Origin: Lacunisphaera sp.
Lineage (GTDB): Bacteria > Verrucomicrobiota > Verrucomicrobiia > Opitutales > Opitutaceae
Length of the DNA: 64,000 nt
Assembly (NCBI GenBank): GCA_036401015.1
Contig: DASWWD010000003.1
Coordinates: 37,912-101,911 of the forward strand
Direction of reading: 5' to 3'
The notes under the pieces are model-generated. The model searched no databases. It saw only the letters and a program-made list of their open reading frames with translations, and had not been told where the DNA came from. Position numbers and translations under genes: made by a program. Shown piece by piece: positions 44,424 through 54,567 of this stretch (position 1 is its first letter; each line of letters begins with the position of its first letter).

Positions 44424-44660
44424 TTACTCCTCGCCGTCGTTGCCGATGGCCTCGACCGGGCAGCCTTCCAGGGCCTCCATGCAAAGCTGAACGTCTTCCT
44501 CGGTCGTGGGCTGGGTGTGGACGAAGGAATAACCGCCTTCCTCATGGCGCTTGAAAAAAGCCGGTGCCGTCTCGCGACAAAGATCGCAGTCGATGCACTG
44601 CTGGTCCACGTAGAATTTACCGCCGGCGTTGTCTTTCCACTTTTCTGCTTTGTTGGCCAT
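44424..44660 (-). CDS. Ferredoxin (single Fe-S cluster)
   Basis: FYVDQQCIDCDLC ... ALEGCPVEAIG. Confidence 0.92.
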   Translation of the reverse strand: MANKAEKWKDNAGGKFYVDQQCIDCDLCRETAPAFFKRHEEGGYSFVHTQPTTEEDVQLCMEALEGCPVEAIGNDGEE

Positions 44661-44786
44661 TTCGTAGTCAATCAATGGGAATTCACCCTGCTGTCAAGAA
44701 GTCGCACGGGCTTATGCCTGCCTGAAATATCACCCGGGGATGCCGGGGCTTGTCTTCGCGGGCTGGCGACATAAGTTCCGCGCGAG

Positions 44787-45665
44787 ATGCTCTCCGACCG
44801 TCCTTATATGCGTGGCGACTATCCCCGCGGCAACACTTCCGCGGTCATCTGGCTGATCTCCGCCCTGATCGCGGCGTTCGTGCTGGAACTGGTGCTGCTG
44901 TCCCCATGGCTCGGCGCATCCGGTCCGGACCTGGTCGGCAAATTCCCCCTGACGATCGACAACCTGCAGCACTGGCGGCTGTGGACGCTGCTGACGCACA
45001 GCTTCCTGCACAGCACGGCCAACCCCTTCCATATTCTCTTCACGATTCTCGGCCTCGTGTTCCTCGGCCGGGAACTGGAGGCCCAGCTCGGCGCGCGGCG
45101 CCTGCTGGGCGTCTATGCCGGCGCCATCCTGCTCAGCGGACTGGGCTGGACCGCCGTCAACTGGGTGCATGGCGGGGCCCATATCGGCGCCGGCTCGGCG
45201 CTGTTGGCTTTCCTCGTCGTGCTGGCCGGCGTGAACCCTGGGCTGGAACTGACACTCTTTTTCCTTCCGGTCAGCTTCCGCATTCGGCACGTGGTTTATG
45301 CCGTCCTCGCCGTGGACCTGCTGTGCCTGGTTCTCTACGAACTCGGGGGGGCACCGGTGCCGCTCGGGCTCACCCCCTCCGCCCACTTGGGCGGCATGCT
45401 GGCCGGCTGGATCTATTTCCGTTACCTGCATGCCAACAACGGCTGGGACCGTGCGCCCACGCTAGCCTGGCCCAAATGGCTGCGCCGCGAGCCTAAGCAA
45501 CCCTCCCCCCGGTCACCGTCCGCTCCCGCCCGCAAGTCCTCGCCCCAGCTCCGCGCCGAGGTGGACCGCATCCTCGACAAGATCAACAGCCATGGTTTCG
45601 GGGCCCTGACCGACGAGGAAAAGCGCCTGCTCGACGAGGCGAAAGACCTGTTGAGCCGGCACTAA
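44787..45665 (+). CDS. Rhomboid-like membrane protein with C-terminal DUF6576-like helix
   Basis: WTLLTHSFLH, HIGAGS, SAHLGGM, EVDRILDKINSHGFGALTDEEK. Confidence 0.88.
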   Translation: MLSDRPYMRGDYPRGNTSAVIWLISALIAAFVLELVLLSPWLGASGPDLVGKFPLTIDNLQHWRLWTLLTHSFLHSTANPFHILFTILGLVFLGRELEAQLGARRLLGVYAGAILLSGLGWTAVNWVHGGAHIGAGSALLAFLVVLAGVNPGLELTLFFLPVSFRIRHVVYAVLAVDLLCLVLYELGGAPVPLGLTPSAHLGGMLAGWIYFRYLHANNGWDRAPTLAWPKWLRREPKQPSPRSPSAPARKSSPQLRAEVDRILDKINSHGFGALTDEEKRLLDEAKDLLSRH

Positions 45666-45805
45666 GGAATCGGCGCGGAATCGCGCCTGCAGGCCGGCGC
45701 GTTTTTCGGCCGCCTGGGATGAACGCAAAAGCGGTTTGCCGTTTTGTGGAAACAAATCTCGTTTATAGCCCACTAATTGCTACCCATTTCGTCATTCCCC
45801 TTGCT

Positions 45806-48013
45806 GTGAACCTCCCCTTCCGGTCGCCCGCCAAGTTCCTTTCCCTTTCGCTGCTCCTCGTCACCGCCGTCCTGGCGGCGCCCGACCGCGAGTTCAAGAC
45901 CACCCCGGTCATGAAGCTCGAGACCCGCACCTTGGTCCAGCTCCTCGAGGTCTACCACTACAACAAGGATGGCGTCACCCCGGCGGATTTTCCGCAGCTG
46001 ATCGAGGACTACATGAAGGAGGGGCTGGATCCGCAGCGCCTGTTCTTCACCGCCGAGGACCTGACGGCCTTCCGCAACCAATACGGGCCGCGCATCGAGA
46101 CCGACCTCGCCTACCTCGGCAACATCGACACCGCCTTCGTCATCTTCCGGGCCTACGAGGACCGGGTGAAGGCGCGCGCCGCCTGGATCCTCGAGGAGCT
46201 CAAGAAGGACTACGACTTCACCACCCAGGAGACCTACACCCCCGACCGCAGCAAGAGCGAGTTCCCGGCCAACGCGGCCGAGGCCGACGACCTGTGGCGC
46301 CGCCGGATCAAATACGAGATTCTGGCGGATGTCCTGGCCAAGAAGACCCCCGAGGAAGCCAAGGCCACCATCCGCAAGCGCTACGAGCGCATGGTGAAGA
46401 ACGTCGGCGACATCGAGGCCCTCGATGTCCAGGAGATGTTCCTCTCCAGCTTCACGCGGATGTATGACCCGCACTCCGCCTACCTTTCCTCGGACACGCT
46501 GCAGGATTTCAGCATCCAGATGAAGCTCTCCCTCATCGGCATCGGCGCCGTGCTGGGCATCGAGGACGACGGCAACTGCGTGGTGCGCGAGGTCAAGCCC
46601 GGCAGCCCCGCCGACCTCAGCGGCCAGATCCGCATGAACGACAAGATCGTCGCCGTCCAGCAGCAGGGCGGCGAGAACATCGAGGTCATCGGCATGAAAC
46701 TGCGCCGCATCGTCGACATGATCCGCGGCGCCAAGGGCACCAAGGTCACCCTGACCATCCTGCCCCACGACGCCCCCGATGCGACGAAGACCCGCCAGGT
46801 CCACATCGTCCGCGATGTCATCAAGCTCGACGAGGCCCGCGCCTCCGCCTCCATCTACGACCTGCCCGGCGATGACCACCAGACCATCCCGGTCGGCGTC
46901 ATCACGCTCAATTCCTTCTACGGTCCCTCCGAGGATGCCGACACCGCGGCCAACAAGAACGCCGCGACCCAGGACGTGGCCGAGCTGATCGGCAAGCTCA
47001 AGCACGAGGGCATCAAGGCCCTCGTCATCGACCTGCGCCGCAACGGCGGCGGCCTGCTCTCCGAGGCCGTCGACCTCACCGGCCTCTTCATCGACCAGGG
47101 CCCCGTCGTGCAGGTGCGCGACTCGATGGGCCGCCTGCAGGTCGACAGCGACACCGACGCCTCCGTCAGCTACGACGGCCCGCTTGCCGTGCTGACCTCC
47201 CGCTTCAGCGCCTCCGCCTCCGAGATCTTCGCCGGCGCCCTGCAGAACTACGGCCGCGCCGTCATCATCGGGGACAGCACCACCCACGGCAAGGGCACCG
47301 TCCAGGCCGTGCTTGAGATGAAGAATTTCCTGCCCCGCCTCAGCCAGAACATCGCCAACACCGGCGCGGCCAAGCTCACCTACCAGAAGTTCTACCTGCC
47401 CAACGGCTCCTCCACCCAGAAGCACGGCGTCACGCCCGACATCGCCCTGCCCTCCATCAACAACTTCCTGCCGATCGGCGAGTCCGACCTGCCCCATGCC
47501 CTCATGTGGGACGAGATCAAGTCCGCCCCCTTCGAGGGCAAGGCCCTCGCCAAGGCCTTTGTCGAGCCCCTGCTTGAGTCCAGCCACGCGCGCCAGCAAT
47601 CCCTCGAGGAATTTGCCTACCTCAAGAAGAGCATCGACTGGTTCAAGGAGCGCCAGGAACACAAGACCATCTCGCTCAACCTCGCCGAGCGCCAGGCGCA
47701 GAAGCAGGCCGACGACGACTTCAAGAAGGCCATGGACGCGGAGCGCGACCGCCTCGCGAAGAACAATTTTGCCAGCCGCGAGATCAAGCTCGACTCGGTG
47801 CTCAAGACCGCGGCCGCCACGCCGGCCAAGGAACCCGCGCCCGCCGCGACCGACGAGGAGGGTGACACCGACGCGCTCGACGAGGACACCCAGGCCAAGC
47901 TCGACGTCCACCTGCGCGAGTCGCTGCGGGTCGTCACCGACGCCCTGCGGATCAACAAGGATCCGCAGTTCTGGGCCGGCCGCGCTCCGCTCTCGCCGTT
48001 ACCCAAAGGCTAG
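45806..48013 (+). CDS. prc: Tail-specific (C-terminal processing) protease, S41
   Basis: YDPHSAY, PDZ GIGAVL, IDLRRNGGG, SASASEIFAGA, HGKGTVQ; GTG start inferred. Confidence 0.92.
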   Translation: MNLPFRSPAKFLSLSLLLVTAVLAAPDREFKTTPVMKLETRTLVQLLEVYHYNKDGVTPADFPQLIEDYMKEGLDPQRLFFTAEDLTAFRNQYGPRIETDLAYLGNIDTAFVIFRAYEDRVKARAAWILEELKKDYDFTTQETYTPDRSKSEFPANAAEADDLWRRRIKYEILADVLAKKTPEEAKATIRKRYERMVKNVGDIEALDVQEMFLSSFTRMYDPHSAYLSSDTLQDFSIQMKLSLIGIGAVLGIEDDGNCVVREVKPGSPADLSGQIRMNDKIVAVQQQGGENIEVIGMKLRRIVDMIRGAKGTKVTLTILPHDAPDATKTRQVHIVRDVIKLDEARASASIYDLPGDDHQTIPVGVITLNSFYGPSEDADTAANKNAATQDVAELIGKLKHEGIKALVIDLRRNGGGLLSEAVDLTGLFIDQGPVVQVRDSMGRLQVDSDTDASVSYDGPLAVLTSRFSASASEIFAGALQNYGRAVIIGDSTTHGKGTVQAVLEMKNFLPRLSQNIANTGAAKLTYQKFYLPNGSSTQKHGVTPDIALPSINNFLPIGESDLPHALMWDEIKSAPFEGKALAKAFVEPLLESSHARQQSLEEFAYLKKSIDWFKERQEHKTISLNLAERQAQKQADDDFKKAMDAERDRLAKNNFASREIKLDSVLKTAAATPAKEPAPAATDEEGDTDALDEDTQAKLDVHLRESLRVVTDALRINKDPQFWAGRAPLSPLPKG

Positions 48014-48844
48014 CAGATAGCGTTCGCGGCCCGTCAGGTCGCGCAGCGACTCGATCCGCTTGTAACCCTCCGCCGTCGCCAGCGCGGCCAGGGCCTGATG
48101 CTGGGCGATGCCCGTCTCGCACGCCAGCAGTCCGCCCGGAGCCAGATAGGACCGCGCCGCGCGGATGATGCGCTCGAGGTCCGCGGCGCTGTTTGTTCCG
48201 GCCGAGAGCGCCATGCGCGGCTCGAAATCCTTCACCTCCGGCTGCGTGGCCGCCGTTTCCTCGTCGGAGAGATACGGCGGGTTCGCCACGATCAGGGCGA
48301 ACTGCCCGCCGGCGGGCACGCTGGAAAACCAGTCTGAACACACGAATTGCACCCGCTCCGCCAGGCCGCAGGCCGCCGCGTTCTCGCGCGCGAGGGCGAG
48401 GGCGTCCTCGCTTTTGTCCACGGCGGTCACCCGGGCCTCCGGCCAAGCCTTGGCCAGCGCCAGCGCGATCGCCCCGCTGCCCGTGCCCAGGTCGAGCACC
48501 GTGGCCGGTGGCGCGGCGAACTGCTGCAGCACCAGTTCGATCAACCGCTCCGTCTCGGGCCGCGGGATGAGCGCCCGGCGGTCCACCTTCAGCTTCAGCC
48601 CGGAAAACTCCGTCTCGCCCATGACATATTGCAACGGCTCGCGCCCGGCGCGGCGCTTCACCAGCGGGCGGATCTTCTCAAGCTCCGCCTCGGTCAGCGG
48701 CCGCTCGAACTGCAGGTAAAGCTGCATGCGCTTCAGGCCGAGCGCGTGGCCGATGAGCAGCTCCGCGTTCAGGCGCGGCGACTCCACCCCGCGCTGTTCA
48801 AAGAAGCCGGTCGTCCGCTTGATGATTTCGAGCACGCTGAGCAT
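47999..48844 (-). CDS. prmC: Release-factor glutamine methyltransferase
   Basis: REPLQY, ALIPRPETE, LDLGTGSG, VANPPY. Confidence 0.95.
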   Translation of the reverse strand: MLSVLEIIKRTTGFFEQRGVESPRLNAELLIGHALGLKRMQLYLQFERPLTEAELEKIRPLVKRRAGREPLQYVMGETEFSGLKLKVDRRALIPRPETERLIELVLQQFAAPPATVLDLGTGSGAIALALAKAWPEARVTAVDKSEDALALARENAAACGLAERVQFVCSDWFSSVPAGGQFALIVANPPYLSDEETAATQPEVKDFEPRMALSAGTNSAADLERIIRAARSYLAPGGLLACETGIAQHQALAALATAEGYKRIESLRDLTGRERYLLAFG

Positions 48845-48845
48845 C

Positions 48846-49964
48846 TTAATCGTCCTCCGAAGCCCGGGCCCGCACCGGCAACGGCCCACCGGTCAGAGCC
48901 GCCAGCTTCTCCTCGAAATCCGCCCGCTGCAGGGCCTCGATGATCGGGTCAAACTGCCCTTCCATGATGGCGGGTAGGCTGTAGAGCGTCAGGCCGATGC
49001 GGTGGTCGGTCATGCGGTTCTGCGGGAAATTGTAGGTGCGGATGCGCTCGCTGCGCCCGCCGGTGCCGATCTGGCCGCGCCGCTGGGCGGCGTATTTGGC
49101 CTGTTCCTCCTCCTCCTTGAGCTTGAGCAGGCGGGAGCGCAGCACCGCCATGGCGCGGGCCTTGTTCTTGATCTGCGAGCGGTCGTCGGCGCAGTAGACC
49201 ATCAGGCCGCTCGGCTTGTGGACGATGCGCACGGCGGAGTCGGTCGTGTTGACGCCCTGCCCGCCGGGGCCGCTGGCGCGCATGACGCTGATGTCGAGGT
49301 CCTGCGGGTCGATCTGCACATCCACCTCCTCGGCCTCGGGCAGCACCGCAACCGTGACGGTCGAGGTGTGAATGCGGCCGTTGGCCTCGGTCACGGGGAT
49401 GCGCTGCACGCGATGCACGCCGCTCTCGTATTTCAACTGCTTGTAGACGTCCGAACCGGTGATGAGGAAGATGACCTCCTTCAGGCCGCCGCGGTCCGAC
49501 GCGCTCGAGCTCATCGGCTGGATCTTCCAGCCGCGACCCTCGGCGTAGCGCATGTAGGCGCGGTAGAGCTCGGCGGCGAACAGGCTGGCCTCGTCGCCGC
49601 CGGTGCCGGCGCGGATCTCGAACACGGTGTTGCGCGAATCCGCCGCCTCGGGCGGGATCATCGCAAGCAGCACCGCCTGCTTGAGCTGCTCTTGTCTGGC
49701 CTGCAACTCGGGCATTTCATGCTGCGCCAGCTCGCGCAGCTCGGCGTCGGCCGTCGGGTCCTTCAGCAGGGCCTCGTGCTCGGCGACTTCCCGCCCTACC
49801 CGCTCATAGTCGGCGTGCGTCTCGACCAGCTTGCGCAGCGACTGCTGCTCGCGGGAAACCTCGGTCGCCTTGCGGGGGTTTGCATAGAACGACGGCGCCG
49901 CCATCTGCGCATCGAGTTCGTCGAGGCGGCGTTGAAAAAGGGTGATGTCAGGCAGGAGATCCAT
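48846..49964 (-). CDS. prfA: Peptide chain release factor 1
   Basis: GTGGDEA, ESGVHRVQR, PVT anticodon-mimic motif, GGQ, RTYNFPQNR. Confidence 0.95.
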   Translation of the reverse strand: MDLLPDITLFQRRLDELDAQMAAPSFYANPRKATEVSREQQSLRKLVETHADYERVGREVAEHEALLKDPTADAELRELAQHEMPELQARQEQLKQAVLLAMIPPEAADSRNTVFEIRAGTGGDEASLFAAELYRAYMRYAEGRGWKIQPMSSSASDRGGLKEVIFLITGSDVYKQLKYESGVHRVQRIPVTEANGRIHTSTVTVAVLPEAEEVDVQIDPQDLDISVMRASGPGGQGVNTTDSAVRIVHKPSGLMVYCADDRSQIKNKARAMAVLRSRLLKLKEEEEQAKYAAQRRGQIGTGGRSERIRTYNFPQNRMTDHRIGLTLYSLPAIMEGQFDPIIEALQRADFEEKLAALTGGPLPVRARASEDD

Positions 49965-50070
49965 GCGGGAGGAGCGGGCGGGAAATTGTGAATTGCTTCA
50001 GCCGCGGCGCGCGGCTTTATCAAAGGCCAAACCAACGGCAGCACCTGCCGTCTAGTAGAATTTCTCCGCG

Positions 50071-51096
50071 ATGGCTTCCACACTCTTCACTCAGAACATC
50101 ATCGCCTGCGTCTGGGACTTTGACAAGACATTGATTCCGGCCTACATGCAGGCGCCGCTCTTCCGGCGCTACGGCATCGACGAGGCCACGTTCTGGGCCG
50201 AGACCAACGCCCTGGCGGAGAACTACCGCAAGCGCGGCTACAACATCGCGCCGGAGATCAGCTACCTGAACCACCTGCTGACCTACGTCCTCGCCGGCAA
50301 GATGCCCGGCCTGAGCAACAAGGTGCTCCGCGAATGCGGCCAGGAAATAGGCTTCTACCCCGGCCTGCCGAAATTCTTCGAATCCTCGCGCGCCTGGGCC
50401 CGCGCCAAGCCGGAATACGTGAAGCACGAGATCGAGCTCGAGCACTACGTCGTGAGCACCGGCCTGGCCGAGATGATCCGCGGCAGCGCCCTCGCCCCCT
50501 ACATCGACGCGACCTGGGCCTGCGAGTTCATCGAGAACCCGCTGCAGCCGGGCTTCCTGAAGCAGAAGGAATTCCCCCTCGAGGCCGCCAATGAGATCGC
50601 ACAGATCGGCGTCATGATCGACAACACGACCAAGACGCGCGCCATCTTCGAGATCAACAAGGGCACGAACAAGAACGCCGCCATCGACGTGAACGCCAAG
50701 GTCACGCCCGAGGACCGCCGCATCCCGCTGCAGAACATGATCTACATCGCCGACGGCCCGAGCGACGTCCCCAGCTTTTCCGTCGTCAAGCAGGGCGGCG
50801 GCAAGACCTACGCCGTCTACAATCCCGCCGTGCGCGCCGAGTTCGAGCAAAACGACCGCCTGCGCCAAGCCGGGCGCATCGACCACTACGGGCCGGCCGA
50901 TTACAGCGAAAACAGCGCCACGACCCACTGGCTGCACCTGCAGATCGAGAAGATGTGCGACCGCATCGTCGCGGACCGCGAGGCGGCCGTTGCCGCGCGC
51001 GTCGCCCGCCCGCCCCGGCACCTGAACGCCTCGCCGGAGGAAGAGGCGGCCCGCAAGGCCGCCAAGCTGCCCAAGCAGTCGTCGTTCCTGGAGTAG
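50071..51096 (+). CDS. HAD-like hydrolase
   Basis: WDFDKTL (DxDxT), VVSTG, YIADGPSDVP. Confidence 0.85.
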   Translation: MASTLFTQNIIACVWDFDKTLIPAYMQAPLFRRYGIDEATFWAETNALAENYRKRGYNIAPEISYLNHLLTYVLAGKMPGLSNKVLRECGQEIGFYPGLPKFFESSRAWARAKPEYVKHEIELEHYVVSTGLAEMIRGSALAPYIDATWACEFIENPLQPGFLKQKEFPLEAANEIAQIGVMIDNTTKTRAIFEINKGTNKNAAIDVNAKVTPEDRRIPLQNMIYIADGPSDVPSFSVVKQGGGKTYAVYNPAVRAEFEQNDRLRQAGRIDHYGPADYSENSATTHWLHLQIEKMCDRIVADREAAVAARVARPPRHLNASPEEEAARKAAKLPKQSSFLE

Positions 51097-51121
51097 CCGG
51101 CGCTTCCGCCGGCCGGCTGGC

Positions 51122-51670
51122 CTAGTCGGCCGCCAGGACGAAACGCGGGGTGTCCTGCAGGATGCGGAAGCGAACCTGCTCCTCGCCGGTATAGTCATCG
51201 CGACGGGCGGCCGGCTGCGATTCCTCGGCCAGATCGGGCCGGTTGCGGTCCTTCAGGGTCTCGACCAGGTTGCTCACCCGCTCGGCGTAGTGGTAGCTGA
51301 CGCTGGGCGCGCGGCCGGAAAGCACGGCTTCCACACCGCAATTCCAGGCCATGGCGATATTGAAGACATTGGGCTCCACGCCGGCCTTCTGGAAGGTGCG
51401 CTTGATCCATTCGTAATGCTTCACCGCGACCTCATCGGCGGCCTCGCGCTGGATGGCCTGCCGGAAAGGCTTGTCCGTATGCATGCGCCAGGTGGCCGGG
51501 CGGAACTGATACGGCCCCAGTTCACCAAACCGACCCACTTGGGTCTGGTTGGTCGGGTTCTCCACCCAGTTGATGGCGCGCAAGGTTTCCCAACGGTCGG
51601 ACGCCCCGGCGACGGTTGTAAAACCGATTACGGAGAGCAGGAGCAGGAACTTGAGGAGGTGTTGTTTCAT
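51122..51670 (-). CDS. Secreted lysozyme/lytic-transglycosylase-like protein
   Basis: Signal peptide; AINWVE, GELGPYQF...TW, AWNCG. Confidence 0.65.
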   Translation of the reverse strand: MKQHLLKFLLLLSVIGFTTVAGASDRWETLRAINWVENPTNQTQVGRFGELGPYQFRPATWRMHTDKPFRQAIQREAADEVAVKHYEWIKRTFQKAGVEPNVFNIAMAWNCGVEAVLSGRAPSVSYHYAERVSNLVETLKDRNRPDLAEESQPAARRDDYTGEEQVRFRILQDTPRFVLAAD

Positions 51671-51837
51671 ACCTAAGTGGCCGGGAAAAAGGCCATCTTC
51701 GGGACACCGACAAGCTCGTTTTTCTCCCTACTATTTTACTTGGGACGCGCTGTCTCTAGTTTTACCAAACGATTTTATAAACCATTGGAGCGGTAGTTTT
51801 TTACGTGCCGTTCTTGCCCAAAAAAAGTTGAGCAAAA

Positions 51838-54513
51838 TTACCGGTTTTTCTCGAAATTGCCCTCAATCAAGCGGGCAACCAAAGCCGTCCATCCGGTTTG
51901 GTGGCTGGCCCCCAACCCCTGACCGGTTTCACCGTGAAAATATTCATGGAAAAGCACCATCCCCTTGAGGCGGTCGGCATCGGCTTTGGGGCACTCCGGA
52001 CCATGGCAAATGCGCGCTCCGCTGGCAGCGGGCAGGAAGATTTTTACCATTCGTTTGGCCAGTTCCTGGGCGGCCACCTGGAGAGTCACCCGGTTGCCGC
52101 TGCCGGTCGGAAATTCCACGGTAAAGCTGTCGCCGTAGAAATGGTGGTAGCGCTCCAGGGCCTCGATCAGCAGGAAATTGGTCGGAAACCACACCGGCCC
52201 GCGCCAGTTCGAGTTGCCGCCGAACAAGCCTGAGTCCGACTCGCCGGGCACATAGTCCACCCGGTATTCCTGGCCGCCGGCCTGCAGGACAAACGGCTGT
52301 TCCTGATAGATCCGCGACAACGACCGCACGCCATGGGGCGACAGAAACTCGCGTTCATCGAACACATAGCGCAGCATGCGCTGCAGCCGCTCCCGCGAGG
52401 GGATCGCGAGCAGGCGCAGCCCGTTGCCGGATTTGCCCTGGGTCAGGTAGGAGATGTGCGCCGAGAGGTCCTTGCGGTTCTTCAGGAACCACCGGGTGCG
52501 CTTCGCGAAGCCCGGGAGGCGGTCCAGCCGCGACTCGTCGATGAACTCCACCGCGAAGAGCGGGATGATGCCCACCATCGAGCGGAGCCGCAACGGGAAC
52601 GATTTACCCTCCAGCAGCAGCTGGTCGTAATAAAAACCGTCCTCCTCGTGCCACAGGCCGGTGCCGCCGAGATTGTTCATCGCATCGGCGATCGCCACAA
52701 AGTGCTCGAAGAACTTCGAGGCGATGTCCTCGTAGGTCGGGTCGCCCTCGGCCAGCTCGAGCGCCATCGCGAGCATGGTGCTGCAATAAAACGCCATCCA
52801 GGCCGTGCCGTCCGCCTGCTCCAGCTGGCCGCCGGTCGGCAAAGGTTTCGAGCGGTCGAACACGCCGATGTTATCGAGTCCGAGGAAACCGCCGGAGAAC
52901 AGATGCCGCCCGCCCGGATCCTTGCGGTTCACCCACCAGGTGAAGTTGACCAGCAGCTTCTGGAACACCCGCGCCAGGAACAGCCGGTCGCGCGCGCCGC
53001 GCGGCCCGGTCATCTTGTAGACGCGCCAGCAGGCCCACGCGTGCACCGGCGGGTTCACGTCGGAGAAATTCCACTCGTAGGCCGGGATCTGGCCGTTCGG
53101 GTGCATATACCACTCGCGCAGGAACAGGTTCAGCTGCTCCTTGGCGAAATGCGGGTCGATCCGCGCAAACGGGATCATGTGGAACGCGAGGTCCCACGCC
53201 GCGAACCACGGATACTCCCACTTGTCCGGCATCGAGATGATGTCGCGATTGAACAGGTGCGGCCAGTCGCTGTTGCGCCCCCGGCGCCGCGCCGCCGGCG
53301 GGGGCGGCTGCTTGCTGTCGCCCTCGAGCCAGTCGGCCACCACAAAGTGATAAAACTGCTTCGACCAGAGCAGACCGGCAAAGGCCTGGCGCGCCACGTT
53401 GCGCTCCTCCTCGTTCACCCCCGCCGGCAGCACCGCGGCATAAAACTCCTCCGCCTCGGCCCGCCGCGCGGCGAAGGTCCGGGCAAACTCCTCGCCAAAC
53501 GGCCGGCCAGGCGCCTCGGTCTCGGCGCTGAGCCGCAGGCGCATCACCGCGGTCCCGCCGGGCGCGAGGTCGAGCACGCGATGGGCCGCGACCTTCGTGC
53601 CGGTGCGCTTGGCGTTCACGGCGCCCGCCTGCCCGCGCACCACATGGTCGTGGAAGGCGTCCTTCACGAACGGCCCGGCATTCTCCGCGTCGAAGAGCCG
53701 GGCGGCGTTGGTCTCGTTGTCCGTGAAAAGCAGCGGATCAGCCCGGCCGGGCGCCGCCGGCTCGATCTCCCAGAAGAACCGGCCGAGCGACTCGTGGTGG
53801 GTCTGCACATGCCCGGGCGCCAGCTGCTGCATGCGGGGCTTGAGGTCACTGCCCTCGTTCCGGCTGCCCCAAGACCAGTTGTTGCGGAACCAGAGCGTCG
53901 GCAGCAGGTGCAGCGGGGCGCGCTCAGGGCCGCAGTTCCTCGCGGTGATCTCGATCAGGATGTCGTTCGGCCCGCCCTTGGCGTATTCGACCGCCACCTC
54001 GAAGTAGCGGTTTTCGGCGAAGACGCCCGTGTCCTCCAGCTCGAACTCCAGCTGGTGGCGGCCGCGCCGGCCGTTCTCCTCGCGCAGCCGCGCGTAGGGA
54101 AACTCGGCCTGCGGGTAGTGATAAACCGCCCGCATGTGGCTGTGGGTCGGCGTGCTGGCCGTGTAGAAATACGCCTCCTTCACGTCCTCGCCGTGGTTGC
54201 CCTCGGGCCCGGTCAGGCCGAACAGGCGCTCCTTGAGCCGCGGATCCCGGCCGTTCCACAACGCGAGCGCAAAACACAGGCGGCATTCGCGATCCGTGAT
54301 GCCGAGCAGGCCGTCCTCGCCCCACCGGTAGGCGCGGCTCTCCGCCTGCTCGAACGGAAAATACTTCCACGCCTCGCCGTCCACCGAGTAATCCTCGCGC
54401 ACGGTGCCCCACTGCCGCTCGGCCAGATACGGACCCCAGCGTTTCCAGTTCTTACCGCGGTCGGCGTCCTCGGACAGGCGCAAGTGTTCCGCGGTGGACG
54501 GGACCGGCTTCAT
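51838..54513 (-). CDS. GH63 / MGH1-like glycoside hydrolase
   Basis: WKRWGPYL.ERQWGTVREDYS, MPDKWEYPWFAAWDLAFH, NSNWRGPVW, EYFHGETG.GLGASHQTGWT. Confidence 0.93.
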   Translation of the reverse strand: MKPVPSTAEHLRLSEDADRGKNWKRWGPYLAERQWGTVREDYSVDGEAWKYFPFEQAESRAYRWGEDGLLGITDRECRLCFALALWNGRDPRLKERLFGLTGPEGNHGEDVKEAYFYTASTPTHSHMRAVYHYPQAEFPYARLREENGRRGRHQLEFELEDTGVFAENRYFEVAVEYAKGGPNDILIEITARNCGPERAPLHLLPTLWFRNNWSWGSRNEGSDLKPRMQQLAPGHVQTHHESLGRFFWEIEPAAPGRADPLLFTDNETNAARLFDAENAGPFVKDAFHDHVVRGQAGAVNAKRTGTKVAAHRVLDLAPGGTAVMRLRLSAETEAPGRPFGEEFARTFAARRAEAEEFYAAVLPAGVNEEERNVARQAFAGLLWSKQFYHFVVADWLEGDSKQPPPPAARRRGRNSDWPHLFNRDIISMPDKWEYPWFAAWDLAFHMIPFARIDPHFAKEQLNLFLREWYMHPNGQIPAYEWNFSDVNPPVHAWACWRVYKMTGPRGARDRLFLARVFQKLLVNFTWWVNRKDPGGRHLFSGGFLGLDNIGVFDRSKPLPTGGQLEQADGTAWMAFYCSTMLAMALELAEGDPTYEDIASKFFEHFVAIADAMNNLGGTGLWHEEDGFYYDQLLLEGKSFPLRLRSMVGIIPLFAVEFIDESRLDRLPGFAKRTRWFLKNRKDLSAHISYLTQGKSGNGLRLLAIPSRERLQRMLRYVFDEREFLSPHGVRSLSRIYQEQPFVLQAGGQEYRVDYVPGESDSGLFGGNSNWRGPVWFPTNFLLIEALERYHHFYGDSFTVEFPTGSGNRVTLQVAAQELAKRMVKIFLPAASGARICHGPECPKADADRLKGMVLFHEYFHGETGQGLGASHQTGWTALVARLIEGNFEKNR

Positions 54514-54567
54514 TGGCGGGCGATGCTACAGTCCGGCGGCCGCTTGGCACGGCAAAACCGCGCCGCC

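Noticed and set aside
48846-49964. Release factor as frameshifted RF2 or a sign of genetic-code reassignment
   Set aside because: Continuous ORF with PxT (PVT) and GGQ, i.e. normal RF1; TAA, TAG and TGA all terminate genes here.
51670-52080. AT-richer stretch at the GH63 3' end and the following spacer as a second island
   Set aside because: The GH63 C-terminal motifs are intact and the rest is an ordinary intergenic region; no mobile genes.
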